Assembly: GCA_947594845.1 (NCBI GenBank)
Contig: CANQEI010000001.1
Span: 39,715 to 103,714, forward strand
DNA from: an uncultured Clostridia bacterium
GTDB taxonomy: Bacteria; Bacillota; Clostridia; TANB77; CAG-508
Direction of reading: 5' to 3'
DNA: 64,000 nucleotides
Below the pieces are notes generated by a model. The model worked only from the letters and a program-made list of their open reading frames with translations, was not told the DNA's origin and ran no database searches. Below are positions 17,090-27,577 of the stretch, piece by piece. A program made the position numbers and the translations under genes. Within the stretch, counting starts at the first letter, position 1, and the number at the start of each line of letters is the position of its first letter.

Positions 17090-19039
17090 TTAATTCGCCT
17101 GATTCATAATATTTAAGCAATGTTCAAGGTCAGCAATTTCGGATTTTAATCTTTTTCCTATATCTGTATCACCAACTAATTTTCTTTGGCTACCAGTTTT
17201 TCTTACAATTAATTCTGATATGATGTCTTTTTCTTCTATTATGGCCTTATCTACAGATTCAAATGGCTGGTTTTGACTAAGCAATAAACCATTTGAGTTG
17301 TATGTTAATACATAACCTGCATTTCCTGTAGTTTCTTGATAACTTTTTGCAAATCCACCATCAATAACCAATAATTTTCCGTTTCCTCTAATTGGACTTT
17401 CGCCATCTTTGGCTTTTACTGGCATATGACCATTTACAATATGTGAATCTTTTTCTGATAATCCAAATTCTTGCAAAATTTTATCACAAATTTCTTCGTT
17501 ATATGTTAAGGTATAATAAGGATTTTTAATTTCTTTACTCATTTCTTTGTCTTTAACAAAGTAGCTTTCAAATGTTGCCATTTTATTTTTTCCAAAGAAT
17601 GGAGAATCAGGTGAAATCCATAAATACCACATAATGTCAAGTAAGTTTTCATCTATACTAGACCTGTTTAGCCAAATTTTGTTTATAGTTTCATTTATTA
17701 AATCTAAGTATGCTTTACCTTTTATTTTTTGACCTAAAAATTCTACTTCTTTAAATTCTCCTTCTTCAGTCATTGGTATGCATGCATGAAATAGAAGATT
17801 AGAATTGAATATTCTATATAAAGATCCCTTTTTACAGAAAAAGTCTATATGGTCATTAAGCTTTTGACTATTTTTAAATGAGTCGCAAAGCCTGTCAATT
17901 ACTTCTTTTTCTTGAGATGATAGTTCATATATGTTGTTAGGATTTAAAGTAGGGAAGTTAGTATCGTTTATTTCATATTTTTGACCATTAATTATTACAT
18001 ATCCTTTTTTTAAGTTCATTTTATCAAGAAGTAAACGGTTATCTAAGTGATATTCAGGATGTTTTTTTATCATTTGTCCTTCTAATTTGAATTGAATTAT
18101 AGTAATAGCTTTATGAATTTTAGATATATTTTCTTTGTCACTTTCATCATATTTAGATTCGTCAAATACTTTTGGAAGAAAATTTTTACATTCATCATGT
18201 TTATAAGTTTCCATAGCAAAAGTAGATAATGGTCTAATATTTATTCCATAAGCATCTTCTAGGATAGCAATGTTGTTGTATCTAGCACAATTTCTTACTA
18301 CTGTAGCAATACTAGATTTATTACCACAAGTTGCACCAATCCATAAAATGTCATGATTACCCCATTCAATATCAAGACTGTGAAAATTTTCTAATTTTTC
18401 TACAACTAAATCAGGATGTGCACCTCTGTCAAAAACATCACCAATTATATGTAAATGATCTATTGCCATCCTTTTTATTAAATTAGAAAGAGCAATTATA
18501 AAACTTTCTGCTTGATTTAATTCTATAATTGTACTAATAATTGCTTTATAATATCTTTCTTTATCTTTTTCGTTCCAATTTGGCATGTTAAGAAGTTCAT
18601 CAATTACATACTCAAAACCACTTGTAATTGCTTTTCTTACTTTTGATCTAGTGTATTTTGAGCTTGCTTTTTTGGCAACTTCTACTAAACGGTATAAAGT
18701 AATATTATACCATTCATTTAAATCATCAACTTCCTCTTTAATAAGCTTTAATTTTTCTTCAGGATAATATATTAAAGTGGCAAGAGTGGTTCTTTCTTTT
18801 TTTGTAATAGTTGTTCCAAAAATATCATTTATTTTGCTTTTTATGATACCGCCACCATTATTTAATATATGCTCAAATGGTGCATATTCTCCATGAATGT
18901 CGCTAAGAAACATTTCTGTACCTTTTGGCAAATTAATAATGGCTTGTAAATTGATAATTTCTTCAGCTACTTCGTATATGTTTTTATATTCCTTACTAAG
19001 TAGTGTTAGATATTTTTTCTTGTCATAATTATTTTCCAT
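17090..19039 (-). CDS. fbp: Fructose-1,6-bisphosphatase class 3
   Basis: 649 aa. N-terminus 'YLTLLSKEY...LSDIHGEY' and 'GDVFDRG...GNHD' are the metallophosphatase motifs typical of the Firmicutes class 3 FBPase. Confidence 0.9.
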   Translation of the reverse strand: MENNYDKKKYLTLLSKEYKNIYEVAEEIINLQAIINLPKGTEMFLSDIHGEYAPFEHILNNGGGIIKSKINDIFGTTITKKERTTLATLIYYPEEKLKLIKEEVDDLNEWYNITLYRLVEVAKKASSKYTRSKVRKAITSGFEYVIDELLNMPNWNEKDKERYYKAIISTIIELNQAESFIIALSNLIKRMAIDHLHIIGDVFDRGAHPDLVVEKLENFHSLDIEWGNHDILWIGATCGNKSSIATVVRNCARYNNIAILEDAYGINIRPLSTFAMETYKHDECKNFLPKVFDESKYDESDKENISKIHKAITIIQFKLEGQMIKKHPEYHLDNRLLLDKMNLKKGYVIINGQKYEINDTNFPTLNPNNIYELSSQEKEVIDRLCDSFKNSQKLNDHIDFFCKKGSLYRIFNSNLLFHACIPMTEEGEFKEVEFLGQKIKGKAYLDLINETINKIWLNRSSIDENLLDIMWYLWISPDSPFFGKNKMATFESYFVKDKEMSKEIKNPYYTLTYNEEICDKILQEFGLSEKDSHIVNGHMPVKAKDGESPIRGNGKLLVIDGGFAKSYQETTGNAGYVLTYNSNGLLLSQNQPFESVDKAIIEEKDIISELIVRKTGSQRKLVGDTDIGKRLKSEIADLEHCLNIMNQAN

Positions 19040-19188
19040 ATTAAACTTCCTTTTTAGTATAAAATAATACGCTTAAATTATATCATATTTTAGCGTTTCT
19101 GTCTAAATGTTGAATTTTAATATGGATTACTTGAAAATTGGAGTAATATTAATTATAATTTTTTATTATAAAATGGAGGAAATAATTT

Positions 19189-19722
19189 ATGAATAGCAAT
19201 TACGAAAATAGAAATAGTGGTGGAACAATAGTAGTGAGTAATGGTGTAGCTAGAATTATTTTTTTAATATTTGTATTTATGTTAGCTTTTCCTTTTTTTG
19301 CTGGAGGAGTTATATTTATTGGAGTTAGTTGCTATATTCATAGTACAGATAGTGAAAGAACCAAAAACTATTTGGAAACAGAGGGAATTCTTGTAAGAAT
19401 TGATAAGGATTCAGATTCACCACTATATGGTAATGGAATTTATGAATATACTGTTAATGGACATTCATATAATTGCCGCTCTGATGCTAGAAAAAAGGTT
19501 TCTGAAATTGAAGAAACTAAAATGGTAAAATATGATCCAGAGAAACCTAATGAAAATTATATAGAATCAGGTTTTGATAACTTGTTCTTCTGGGGAATAG
19601 CAGTTGTAATTATTTCATCATGTGTATTTATAGGTGGCATTATTACTGAGAGAGCTTGGAAACACAAATATGATGCAATTTTAAATGAAATGAATGCAAA
19701 ACAACAGAATGCTAAGAATTAA
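19189..19722 (+). CDS. Membrane protein, DUF3592-like (two TM segments flanking a soluble domain)
   Basis: TM 'IIFLIFVFMLAFPFFAGGVIFIGV' and 'FFWGIAVVIISSCVFIGGII'. RBS 'ggagga'. Confidence 0.55.
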   Translation: MNSNYENRNSGGTIVVSNGVARIIFLIFVFMLAFPFFAGGVIFIGVSCYIHSTDSERTKNYLETEGILVRIDKDSDSPLYGNGIYEYTVNGHSYNCRSDARKKVSEIEETKMVKYDPEKPNENYIESGFDNLFFWGIAVVIISSCVFIGGIITERAWKHKYDAILNEMNAKQQNAKN

Positions 19723-19782
19723 AGCATAACTTCTATAATATAAATTTATGAAATAAAATTTCAAATAATGTTCAATATTATA

Positions 19783-19814
19783 AAAAAAACGTCATAGTTA
19801 TATGACGTTTTTTT

Positions 19815-19815
<1 letters not shown>
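19783..19815. terminator. Hairpin terminator downstream of 19189-19722 gene / beside tRNA-Gly
   Basis: 'aaaaacgtcata gtta tatgacgttttttt'. Confidence 0.55.
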
Positions 19816-19888
<73 letters not shown>

Positions 19889-19916
19889 GTGTATTTGAAA
19901 AATTTTTAATTTTAAT

Positions 19917-19990
<74 letters not shown>

Positions 19991-20126
19991 ATGTCCCTGA
20001 CAAGTATAAATTATAAATGATGATTTAATATTTGTCAATAGAAAATTTTAAAACAGAAGTATAAAATCTTTACTTTTGGCTATTTGTGGGATAAAATATA
20101 TTTACTTTAATACATAGGAGTTAGAA

Positions 20127-20555
20127 ATGGAAAAATATATATCTAATTCAGAAAAAGAAACGAAAGAAATTGCTAAAAAATTTGCTGAGCAATTAAAAGT
20201 TGGGGATGTAATAGTTTTAACTGGCGATTTAGGTTCTGGAAAAACTAAATTTACAGAAGGAATTTTAGAATATTTTGGATTACAAGATGAAATTTCAAGT
20301 CCAACTTTTACGATTATAAATGAATATGTAAAAAATAATGTTAATATTTATCATTTTGATGTTTATAGATTAACTGATGAAGACGAATTTTATGCAATTG
20401 GTGGCGAAGAATATTTCGATAAAGGAATTTGTTTAATTGAATGGGGAGAAATGGTAAAGAATGTCCTACCATGCAAGTATATTCAAATAAAATTCGAAAG
20501 AGATTTATGTCAAGAAAATAAAAGAACAATATGCGTGGAAAAGGTTGAAAAATAA
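20127..20555 (+). CDS. tsaE: tRNA threonylcarbamoyladenosine biosynthesis protein TsaE
   Basis: P-loop 'GDLGSGKTKF' with 'SPTFT' and 'HFDVYRL' motifs; 142 aa. Confidence 0.85.
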   Translation: MEKYISNSEKETKEIAKKFAEQLKVGDVIVLTGDLGSGKTKFTEGILEYFGLQDEISSPTFTIINEYVKNNVNIYHFDVYRLTDEDEFYAIGGEEYFDKGICLIEWGEMVKNVLPCKYIQIKFERDLCQENKRTICVEKVEK

Positions 20556-20583
20556 AATTTACGTTAGAAAGGAAAAGACAAAA

Positions 20584-21267
20584 ATGAGAATATTAGTTGC
20601 AGATACTTCAAGTAGTGTTTGTGCCGTAGGTATATTTGAAAATAATAAAATAATTAGTGAAAATAGTTTAGATGATGGTAAAACTCATTCTGAAAATTTT
20701 ATGCCATTAGTTGAAAAAACTTTGAAAGATGTAGATTTAAGATTAGATGATATAGATTATATTGCAGTTTCAGTTGGACCGGGATCATTTACAGGGATTA
20801 GGATTGGTATTGCAAGTTGTAAAGCAATGGCAGAAGTTAAAAAAATAAAATTAATTCCTATTGTGTCTTTAGAAAGCTTAGCTGCAAATGAAATTAATAA
20901 AAGTAAAATTATTTGTTCTTTAATAGATGCTAGAAATAATCAAGTATATTGTGGAATTTTTGATAATGATATTAATAAAAAAGAAAGCTTTATTGCAGAT
21001 GATATTTTAGTAGCTCTAGAATCAATAAAAAAATATGATGATATTATTTTTGTTGGTGATGGCACACTTATGCATAAAGAAATAATTAGCCAGAATTTAA
21101 AAGGTAAGAAAATAAAATTTTCAGAAAATAATAAACAGAAAGCGGAAAGTTTGGGGATAATTGCTGGCAAAAAAATAGAAAAAGGTGAAATTTGTTTACC
21201 TGACGAATTGATTCCGTTATATTTAAGAAAATCTCAGGCAGAGAGAATGAAAAATGAAAAAAATTAG
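20584..21267 (+). CDS. tsaB: tRNA threonylcarbamoyladenosine biosynthesis protein TsaB
   Basis: 'MRILVADTSSS...GPGSFTGIRIG' is the YeaZ family. ATG at 20584 lies 6 nt downstream of GGAAAAG, preferred over the upstream in-frame start. Confidence 0.85.
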   Translation: MRILVADTSSSVCAVGIFENNKIISENSLDDGKTHSENFMPLVEKTLKDVDLRLDDIDYIAVSVGPGSFTGIRIGIASCKAMAEVKKIKLIPIVSLESLAANEINKSKIICSLIDARNNQVYCGIFDNDINKKESFIADDILVALESIKKYDDIIFVGDGTLMHKEIISQNLKGKKIKFSENNKQKAESLGIIAGKKIEKGEICLPDELIPLYLRKSQAERMKNEKN

Positions 21268-21299
21268 GTCATTTTTATTAGAGAGGATTGCAGAGAAAA

Positions 21300-21734
21300 A
21301 TGAATTTACAGATATTAAAAATGAATAATGAGCATTTAAAAATTTTGACTCAAAATTTACAAGAATATGATGAATTTTGGAATACAAAGATTTTAGAAGA
21401 CGAATTTCTAAATGAAAATTCTGAATATTTTGTTCTTGTAGATAATGATGAAATACGTGGGTTCGCTGGCTTGTGGTTTAATATTGATGAAGCTCATATT
21501 ATGAATATTGCAATAAATAGACATTATAGAAGAAAACACTATGGTACAAATTTATTACAATATTTAATTTTTTATGCTCAAAAACAAAAGAAGAAATGCA
21601 TTACATTAGAAGTTAATGAAGATAATATTCCAGCAATAGAGTTATATAAAAAAGAAAAGTTTGAAGAAGTGGGAAGAAGAAAGAAATATTATAATGGCAA
21701 ATTTGATGCTATTATTATGACTAAAAATTTTTAG
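21300..21734 (+). CDS. rimI: Ribosomal-protein-alanine N-acetyltransferase RimI (GNAT)
   Basis: Conserved tsaE-tsaB-rimI order. GNAT motif 'HYRRKHYGTNLLQYLI'. Confidence 0.8.
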   Translation: MNLQILKMNNEHLKILTQNLQEYDEFWNTKILEDEFLNENSEYFVLVDNDEIRGFAGLWFNIDEAHIMNIAINRHYRRKHYGTNLLQYLIFYAQKQKKKCITLEVNEDNIPAIELYKKEKFEEVGRRKKYYNGKFDAIIMTKNF

Positions 21735-21828
21735 ACTTAATTTTATAAAAAAGGAGAGAATAATTATTGCATAAAAAGTATGTTTGATATAAAATCAAGC
21801 TAGAATATTTTGGAGGAAATTTTTACTA

Positions 21829-24231
21829 ATGAAAAAAATAAATGAATTAAGTTATAAAGATTTAAAAGATGTTTGTAATCCTAATATGTTTAAGTTCGAA
21901 AATATTAAAGAAATATTAGATACAACAGATTTAGTTTATGGACAAGATAGAGGAATTAGAGCACTAGAATTTGGAGTAAATGTTGACCTTAAAGGGTATA
22001 ACTTATATTTAGAAGGTCCTTCAGGTGTTGGCAAAACGATGTATACGAAAAAGTTTTTACAAAGTAAGGCAATTAAGGAAAAAGTTCCAAATGATTGGTG
22101 CTATATTTATAATTTTAATGATCCTAATGAGCCAATTGCTGTTTCATTTCCAGCTGGACAAGGTATTGTCTTTAAGGAAACAATGGATAATTTTATAAAA
22201 AATATTAGAAAAGATATTAAAAAAACTTTTAATAATGATGAGTTCGAAAAGGAGAAAAAAATCATTAAGCAAGAATTTGAGGATAAAAAGGATGCAATTC
22301 TTGCTAAATTAAATGAAAAGACTTTAAAGGAAGGTTTTCAAGTTAAATCAGCTCAAAACGGAATGTATATGATGCCGGTATATGAAGGAAAACCAATAGA
22401 AGAATCTGAATATGATAAATTACCATTAGAAGTTAAAAGTGAATTTGAATCTAAATCTCAAGTTGTTCAAGATATGATTTTTGAAGCGTTATCAGAACTT
22501 AAAATGATAGAAAATAAATCTGATAAAAAAATAGAAGAATGGCAATCAAATATTGCTTTATTAACAGTTAATATTCATATAAATAATGTTAAATCAAATT
22601 ATAAGAAAAATAAGAAAATAAATGCATTTCTAGATAATGTAAAAAAAGATATATTGAAAAATATAAATTACTTCATGAGTGATGATTTGAGCAATGAAAT
22701 CAAACAGAATCCAATGCAAATAAGAATGCAAAATACGGAACCATGGCTTAATTATAGAGTAAATTTATTTGTTGATAATAGTAATTTAGAAGGTTCTCCA
22801 GTTATCATGGATTCAAATTATACTTTCCAGAATATTTTTGGAAAATTAGAATATGAAAATCAATTTGGAACTATGAAAACAGATTTTACAATGCTTAAGC
22901 CAGGACTTTTGCATAAGGCAAATGGTGGATATATAATTTTTCAAGCAAAAGATTTACTTTCTAATCCACAGTGCTATGAAACTTTAAAGAAAGTTTTATT
23001 AGTTAAAGAAATAAGTATTGAAAATAGTATGGAACAACGTTCTTCCATGATGCTTATTTCACTAAAACCAGAGCCAATTCCATTAGATTTAAAGGTATTA
23101 TTAATAGGAAATGCGGAAATTTATCATACACTTTTATCTATGGATGATGATTTTAGAAAATTATTTAAAATAAAAGTAGAATTTGAAGAAGATGCTCCTA
23201 AAAATGAAGAAAATATAAATAAGCTAGTGAAGTTTGTAAAAAGCTATTGTGAGCAAGAAGAACTACTTGATATTGATAGAGCAGCTATTGCTAAAATTGT
23301 AGAATATGCTTCAAAATTATCTGGAGATAAAGAAAAATTGTCCACTCAATTTAGTGAAATTGGTCAAATTGTTGGTGAAGCTTCAACATGGGCAAAATTA
23401 GAAAAAAATAAAGTAGTAACTAAAGAATATGTACAAAAAGCTTTTGATGAGCGTGTAGAAAGAATTAAAAAATATGATTCTAAATATTTACAGATGATTA
23501 AAGAAGGAGCTTTGTTAATAAATACATCTGGTTACAAAGTTGGACAAATTAATGGATTAACAGTTATAACAATTGGAGATTATTCATTTGGTAAGCCTTC
23601 TAAAATTACAGCAAGTACTTATATGGGAAAAGAAGGAGTTATAAATATTGAAAGAGAAGTTCAAATGTCTGGATCTAGTCATTCAAAAGGAGTAATGATT
23701 TTAACTGGATATTTAGGAGAAATGTTTGCACAAGATAAACCTTTAACTCTTACGGCTAGTATATGCTTTGAACAATTATATGGTGGTGTTGATGGAGATA
23801 GTGCATCAAGCACAGAGGCATATGCAATTTTATCAAGCTTATCAGAAATACCAATAAATCAATCAATTGCAGTTACTGGTTCTGTTAATCAAAAAGGAGA
23901 AATTCAACCTATAGGTGGAGTAAATGAAAAAATTGAAGGATTTTTCCAAATTTGCAAAATGAGAGGACTTACTGGGGCACATGGTGTAATTATTCCTTCT
24001 CAAAATGTTAGAAATTTGCATTTAAATGATGAAGTAATAAAAGCAGTTAAAGAAGAAAAGTTTCATATATATGCAATTGATACGATTGAAGAGGGAATTG
24101 AGATTTTAACAGGTGTTCCAGCAGGAAGAAAAGATAAATACGGTAATTTCCCAGCAGGTACAATCAATTATTTAGCAAATGAAAAACTTACAAGATATTC
24201 TAAAATTGCGGAAAAAAGTAGAAACGTGTAA
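21829..24231 (+). CDS. Lon-family AAA+ protease (LonC/LonB-like, sporeformer-type)
   Basis: Walker A 'GPSGVGKT'. C-terminal Lon S16 domain with Ser-Lys dyad context ('DGDSASSTEAY', 'SHSKGVMIL'). 800 aa. Confidence 0.8.
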   Translation: MKKINELSYKDLKDVCNPNMFKFENIKEILDTTDLVYGQDRGIRALEFGVNVDLKGYNLYLEGPSGVGKTMYTKKFLQSKAIKEKVPNDWCYIYNFNDPNEPIAVSFPAGQGIVFKETMDNFIKNIRKDIKKTFNNDEFEKEKKIIKQEFEDKKDAILAKLNEKTLKEGFQVKSAQNGMYMMPVYEGKPIEESEYDKLPLEVKSEFESKSQVVQDMIFEALSELKMIENKSDKKIEEWQSNIALLTVNIHINNVKSNYKKNKKINAFLDNVKKDILKNINYFMSDDLSNEIKQNPMQIRMQNTEPWLNYRVNLFVDNSNLEGSPVIMDSNYTFQNIFGKLEYENQFGTMKTDFTMLKPGLLHKANGGYIIFQAKDLLSNPQCYETLKKVLLVKEISIENSMEQRSSMMLISLKPEPIPLDLKVLLIGNAEIYHTLLSMDDDFRKLFKIKVEFEEDAPKNEENINKLVKFVKSYCEQEELLDIDRAAIAKIVEYASKLSGDKEKLSTQFSEIGQIVGEASTWAKLEKNKVVTKEYVQKAFDERVERIKKYDSKYLQMIKEGALLINTSGYKVGQINGLTVITIGDYSFGKPSKITASTYMGKEGVINIEREVQMSGSSHSKGVMILTGYLGEMFAQDKPLTLTASICFEQLYGGVDGDSASSTEAYAILSSLSEIPINQSIAVTGSVNQKGEIQPIGGVNEKIEGFFQICKMRGLTGAHGVIIPSQNVRNLHLNDEVIKAVKEEKFHIYAIDTIEEGIEILTGVPAGRKDKYGNFPAGTINYLANEKLTRYSKIAEKSRNV

Positions 24232-24248
24232 ATGAAAATATATTGAAA

Positions 24249-24288
24249 AGAGTGTAATGTTACTATATAGTAGTGTTACACTCTTTGA
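24249..24288 (+). terminator. Rho-independent terminator
   Basis: Hairpin 'agagtgtaatgttac...gtgttacactct'. Confidence 0.55.
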
Positions 24289-24585
24289 CTTTATAAAGTA
24301 GTAGTGAGAAAGGAGAAAAATGGATAGAGAAATAATTGAAAAGTTAAACAATTTGGAAAATATTATAGAAGAACTTTATAAAGAAATTATAAAAATTAGA
24401 AAAAATATTGATGATAGAAAACACGAAGAAATACATATAATGACTAGAATTGAAAACATTAATGATTTTATAGAAACTAGATATAATACCAGTATATAAT
24501 AAAAATAAAATTTTATTAATTAAAGGATAGAAAACGAATATATAATATGATATATTAATCATTAAGATTAAGGAGAGTGATTTTT

Positions 24586-25416
24586 TTGAAAATAACTGAG
24601 CAAGATATTTTACACCTAAAAGAGATTGCTAAACAAATTAGAAGAGATATTATAGAAGAAGTATATAATGCACAAAGTGGACATCCTGGAGGTGCTTTGT
24701 CTTGCACTGATATTTTGGCAGTATTGTATTTTAATCAAATGAATATTGATCCAAATAAAAAAGATGATCCTAATAGAGATAGATTTGTTTTATCCAAAGG
24801 TCATGCTTCAGCAGCACTATATGCGACTTTGGCAGAAAGAGGATATTTTCCAAAAGAAGAATTAAAAAGTTTTAGAAAAATTAATTCATTATTACAAGGA
24901 CATCCTGATATGAAACATGTTCCAGGAATTGATATGAGTTCAGGATCTTTAGGACAAGGTTTATCTGTAGCCAATGGAATGGCGATATCTTCTAAATTAG
25001 ATGAAAAAGGATTTAGAGTTTATTGCTTAGTAGGTGATGGAGAAATTCAGGAAGGACAATTTTGGGAAGCTGCTATGACTTCATCTCATTATAAATTAGA
25101 TAATTTATGTTTAATCATTGATAATAATAATCTACAAGTTGATGGAAATGTTGATAAAGTAATGAGTATATACCCAATAAAGCAAAAACTACAAAGCTTT
25201 GGATTTGAAGTTTTTCAAGTTGATGGAAATGACATAGATTCACTTATTACTGTTTTTCAAAAAGCAAAAACTATAAAAGGTAAACCTTCTGCAATTATAG
25301 CAAAAACTGTAAAAGGTAAAGGGGTAAGTTACATGGAAAATCAAGTAGATTGGCATGGAAAAGCTCCAAATGAAGAAGAATATAATAAAGCAATGGAAGA
25401 ACTTTCAGAAGCATAA
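24586..25416 (+). CDS. Transketolase, N-terminal (TPP-binding) subunit
   Basis: 'SGHPGGALSCTDIL...GHASAALYA...GSLGQGLS...GDGEIQEG' are TKT N-terminal motifs. TTG at 24586 lies 8 nt downstream of AGGAGAG. Confidence 0.85.
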   Translation: MKITEQDILHLKEIAKQIRRDIIEEVYNAQSGHPGGALSCTDILAVLYFNQMNIDPNKKDDPNRDRFVLSKGHASAALYATLAERGYFPKEELKSFRKINSLLQGHPDMKHVPGIDMSSGSLGQGLSVANGMAISSKLDEKGFRVYCLVGDGEIQEGQFWEAAMTSSHYKLDNLCLIIDNNNLQVDGNVDKVMSIYPIKQKLQSFGFEVFQVDGNDIDSLITVFQKAKTIKGKPSAIIAKTVKGKGVSYMENQVDWHGKAPNEEEYNKAMEELSEA

Positions 25417-25429
25417 AGGAGGTTGAGTA

Positions 25430-26356
25430 ATGAAAGAAGAAAAAAAGGCAACTCGTCAAAGTTATGGGGAAGCATTAGCTCAGTTGGGAAAAAACAATGA
25501 AAATATAGTGGTATTGGATGCGGATTTGGCAAATGCAACGAAAAGTCAAAATTTTAAAAAAGAATTTCCAGAAAGGTTTTTTGATATTGGAATTGCTGAA
25601 CAAGACATGATTGCAACAGCTGCAGGAATGGCAACTTGTGGTAAGATACCATTTGCAAGTACATTTGCAATTTTTGTTACAGGTAGAGCATATGATCAAA
25701 TTAGAAATAGTGTTTGTTATCCAAATTTAAATGTTAAGTTATGCGGTAGTCATGCTGGACTTACAGTTGGAGAAGATGGGGCAACACATCAAATGTTAGA
25801 AGATATAAATATAACAAAGGCTATTCCAAATTTGAAAGTTTTTTGCCCATCAGATGATACTCAGACAAAATGGTTAGTCGAAGAAATGGCTAAAGTTCAA
25901 GGACCGTGTTATATTAGAACAGCTAGACTGGCTTCTCCAATAATATATGACGAAAATCAAAAATTTGAAATTGGTAAAGCTATCCAACACGGAAATGGAG
26001 AAGATGCAACAATTTTTTCAACAGGAATATGTGTGGCTGAAGCGTTAAAGGCACAGAAGCAACTTGAAGCTGATGGAATAAATGTAAGAGTTATTGATAT
26101 GTTTTCATTAAAGCCTGTTGATGAAGAAATTATTTTAAAATGTGCGCGAGAAACTAAAAGATTGATTTCAGTAGAGGATCATAGTATAATTGGTGGACTA
26201 GGAAGTATAATAGCAGATGTTTTATCAGAAAAGATGCCAGCCAAATTAACTAAGCTTGGTGTAAAAGATACATTTGGTGAGTCTGGAAAAGCAACAGAAC
26301 TTATGAATAAGTATAAAATAGATGCAGAAGCAATAGTAGAAGAATTAAAAAAATAA
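25430..26356 (+). CDS. Transketolase, C-terminal (pyrimidine-binding) subunit
   Basis: Split-TKT partner ('ATRQSYGEAL...FFDIGIAEQDM...HQMLEDI'). RBS 'aaggagg'. Confidence 0.9.
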   Translation: MKEEKKATRQSYGEALAQLGKNNENIVVLDADLANATKSQNFKKEFPERFFDIGIAEQDMIATAAGMATCGKIPFASTFAIFVTGRAYDQIRNSVCYPNLNVKLCGSHAGLTVGEDGATHQMLEDINITKAIPNLKVFCPSDDTQTKWLVEEMAKVQGPCYIRTARLASPIIYDENQKFEIGKAIQHGNGEDATIFSTGICVAEALKAQKQLEADGINVRVIDMFSLKPVDEEIILKCARETKRLISVEDHSIIGGLGSIIADVLSEKMPAKLTKLGVKDTFGESGKATELMNKYKIDAEAIVEELKK

Positions 26357-26375
26357 TAATAAAAGAGTGAGTATT

Positions 26376-27245
26376 ATGGAAGTAAAAGAAATTATTGATC
26401 AAATAAAAAAAGCTAATATGTATGTACAAAAGAAAAAAGCTGTAGAGGCTGATGCTATATTAGATAGACTTTTAAAAAGTATTGAGCCTGTAGAAATCGA
26501 TAAATATGGCAAAGTTATGGATTTTAATACACAGCTTGAATTTGTATTATATTGTAATATGGATAAGAGAAGAAAGATTTCTTGGACAAGAAACTTTTTA
26601 TCAGAAATTTATCTATTAAAAGGAATAATACAATTTGATAATAAAAAGTATAAAGAGGCTATAGCTTGGTATGAAAAAGCTTTAAGGTGGAATCCAGTTA
26701 GTGTGCCAATTTATTCAGAGATATTAGAAACTTATATGAAATTGAAAGATTTTGAAAAGTTTGATATGTATTTTCAAAAAGCAATAAAAATTGCAGTAAG
26801 ACCTGTTGAAATAGCTTTGCTATATAAAAAATTAGGTTATGTTTGGATTGAAAAGGGAAATGATGAAATTGCATATTGTTTATTACTATATAGTAAGTTG
26901 TTTTTCCCTAGAAAAGAAGCTGATAAAGAAATTGCATATTTGGAAAAAAAGGTTGGTACAAAATTAAAATATTTTCCGGATTTAGGTGCTATTGAATATT
27001 TGAAAGAAAAAGGTTTAGAATATCAAAAGCCAGATTATGTGGTTCCTTCTTTAATTAGTATAATAAAAGCAATGTTAGATTTAATGAAAAAGGAAAAGTA
27101 TCAAACTAAAGAAAATTATTTAATGGTAATAGATTATTATCACAGCTTATATTTTCATAGACCAGGAAGTGGAATTCACAGTCAAATGCTTTCTCTTCAA
27201 AGAGAGTATGAATTAAAGTTTCCAGTGAAAAAGGGGGATAAGTAA
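26376..27245 (+). CDS. TPR-like repeat protein, unknown function
   Basis: Helical repeats ('YKEAIAWYEKALRWNP'). Start uncertain (GTG 26367 or ATG 26376). Confidence 0.5.
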   Translation: MEVKEIIDQIKKANMYVQKKKAVEADAILDRLLKSIEPVEIDKYGKVMDFNTQLEFVLYCNMDKRRKISWTRNFLSEIYLLKGIIQFDNKKYKEAIAWYEKALRWNPVSVPIYSEILETYMKLKDFEKFDMYFQKAIKIAVRPVEIALLYKKLGYVWIEKGNDEIAYCLLLYSKLFFPRKEADKEIAYLEKKVGTKLKYFPDLGAIEYLKEKGLEYQKPDYVVPSLISIIKAMLDLMKKEKYQTKENYLMVIDYYHSLYFHRPGSGIHSQMLSLQREYELKFPVKKGDK

Positions 27246-27433
27246 TGGGACTTTTTGTTGAAAAAGAGGATAGCACAAATGGTAAAGTTATAAAAACTGG
27301 TGATAATGTTAGAGTTATAAAAACACAAGAAAAAGGCTTTGTTATTGCTGTATTAGATGATGAATATATGGTAAGCTGTAATGGAAATGTTGAAAATTAT
27401 TATGCTGATGAACTGGAATGGATAGATATTTAA
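27245..27433 (+). CDS. Small conserved hypothetical protein (62 aa)
   Basis: Start overlaps the upstream stop (TAATG); GGGGGA RBS 7 nt upstream. Confidence 0.5.
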   Translation: MGLFVEKEDSTNGKVIKTGDNVRVIKTQEKGFVIAVLDDEYMVSCNGNVENYYADELEWIDI

Positions 27434-27467
27434 ATATCATGTTAGATATTATGAGAAAAAGCAAGTA

Positions 27468-27500
27468 ATTATGAGAAATTATTTGCTTTTTTTACTTTTT
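27468..27500 (+). terminator. Rho-independent terminator
   Basis: 'gcaagtaatt atgagaa attatttgc' followed by a T-run. Confidence 0.55.
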
Positions 27501-27577
27501 TTGTGTTGCATTTAAAATATATTATTGATATGATTATTACGTAAATATGCAAACTTAACTGATTATAAGGAGATAAA

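Noticed and set aside
24319-24447. Plus-strand small ORF with a good RBS between the lon-like and tkt genes.
   Set aside because: On careful reading it is only 42 aa (an A5 run changes the frame), is K-rich and has no motif. It is too weak to call.
24586-26356. Split transketolase, considered as a pseudogene or frameshift.
   Set aside because: The two-subunit TKT (separate N- and C-terminal ORFs with their own RBS) is a known, common arrangement in Firmicutes and archaea.
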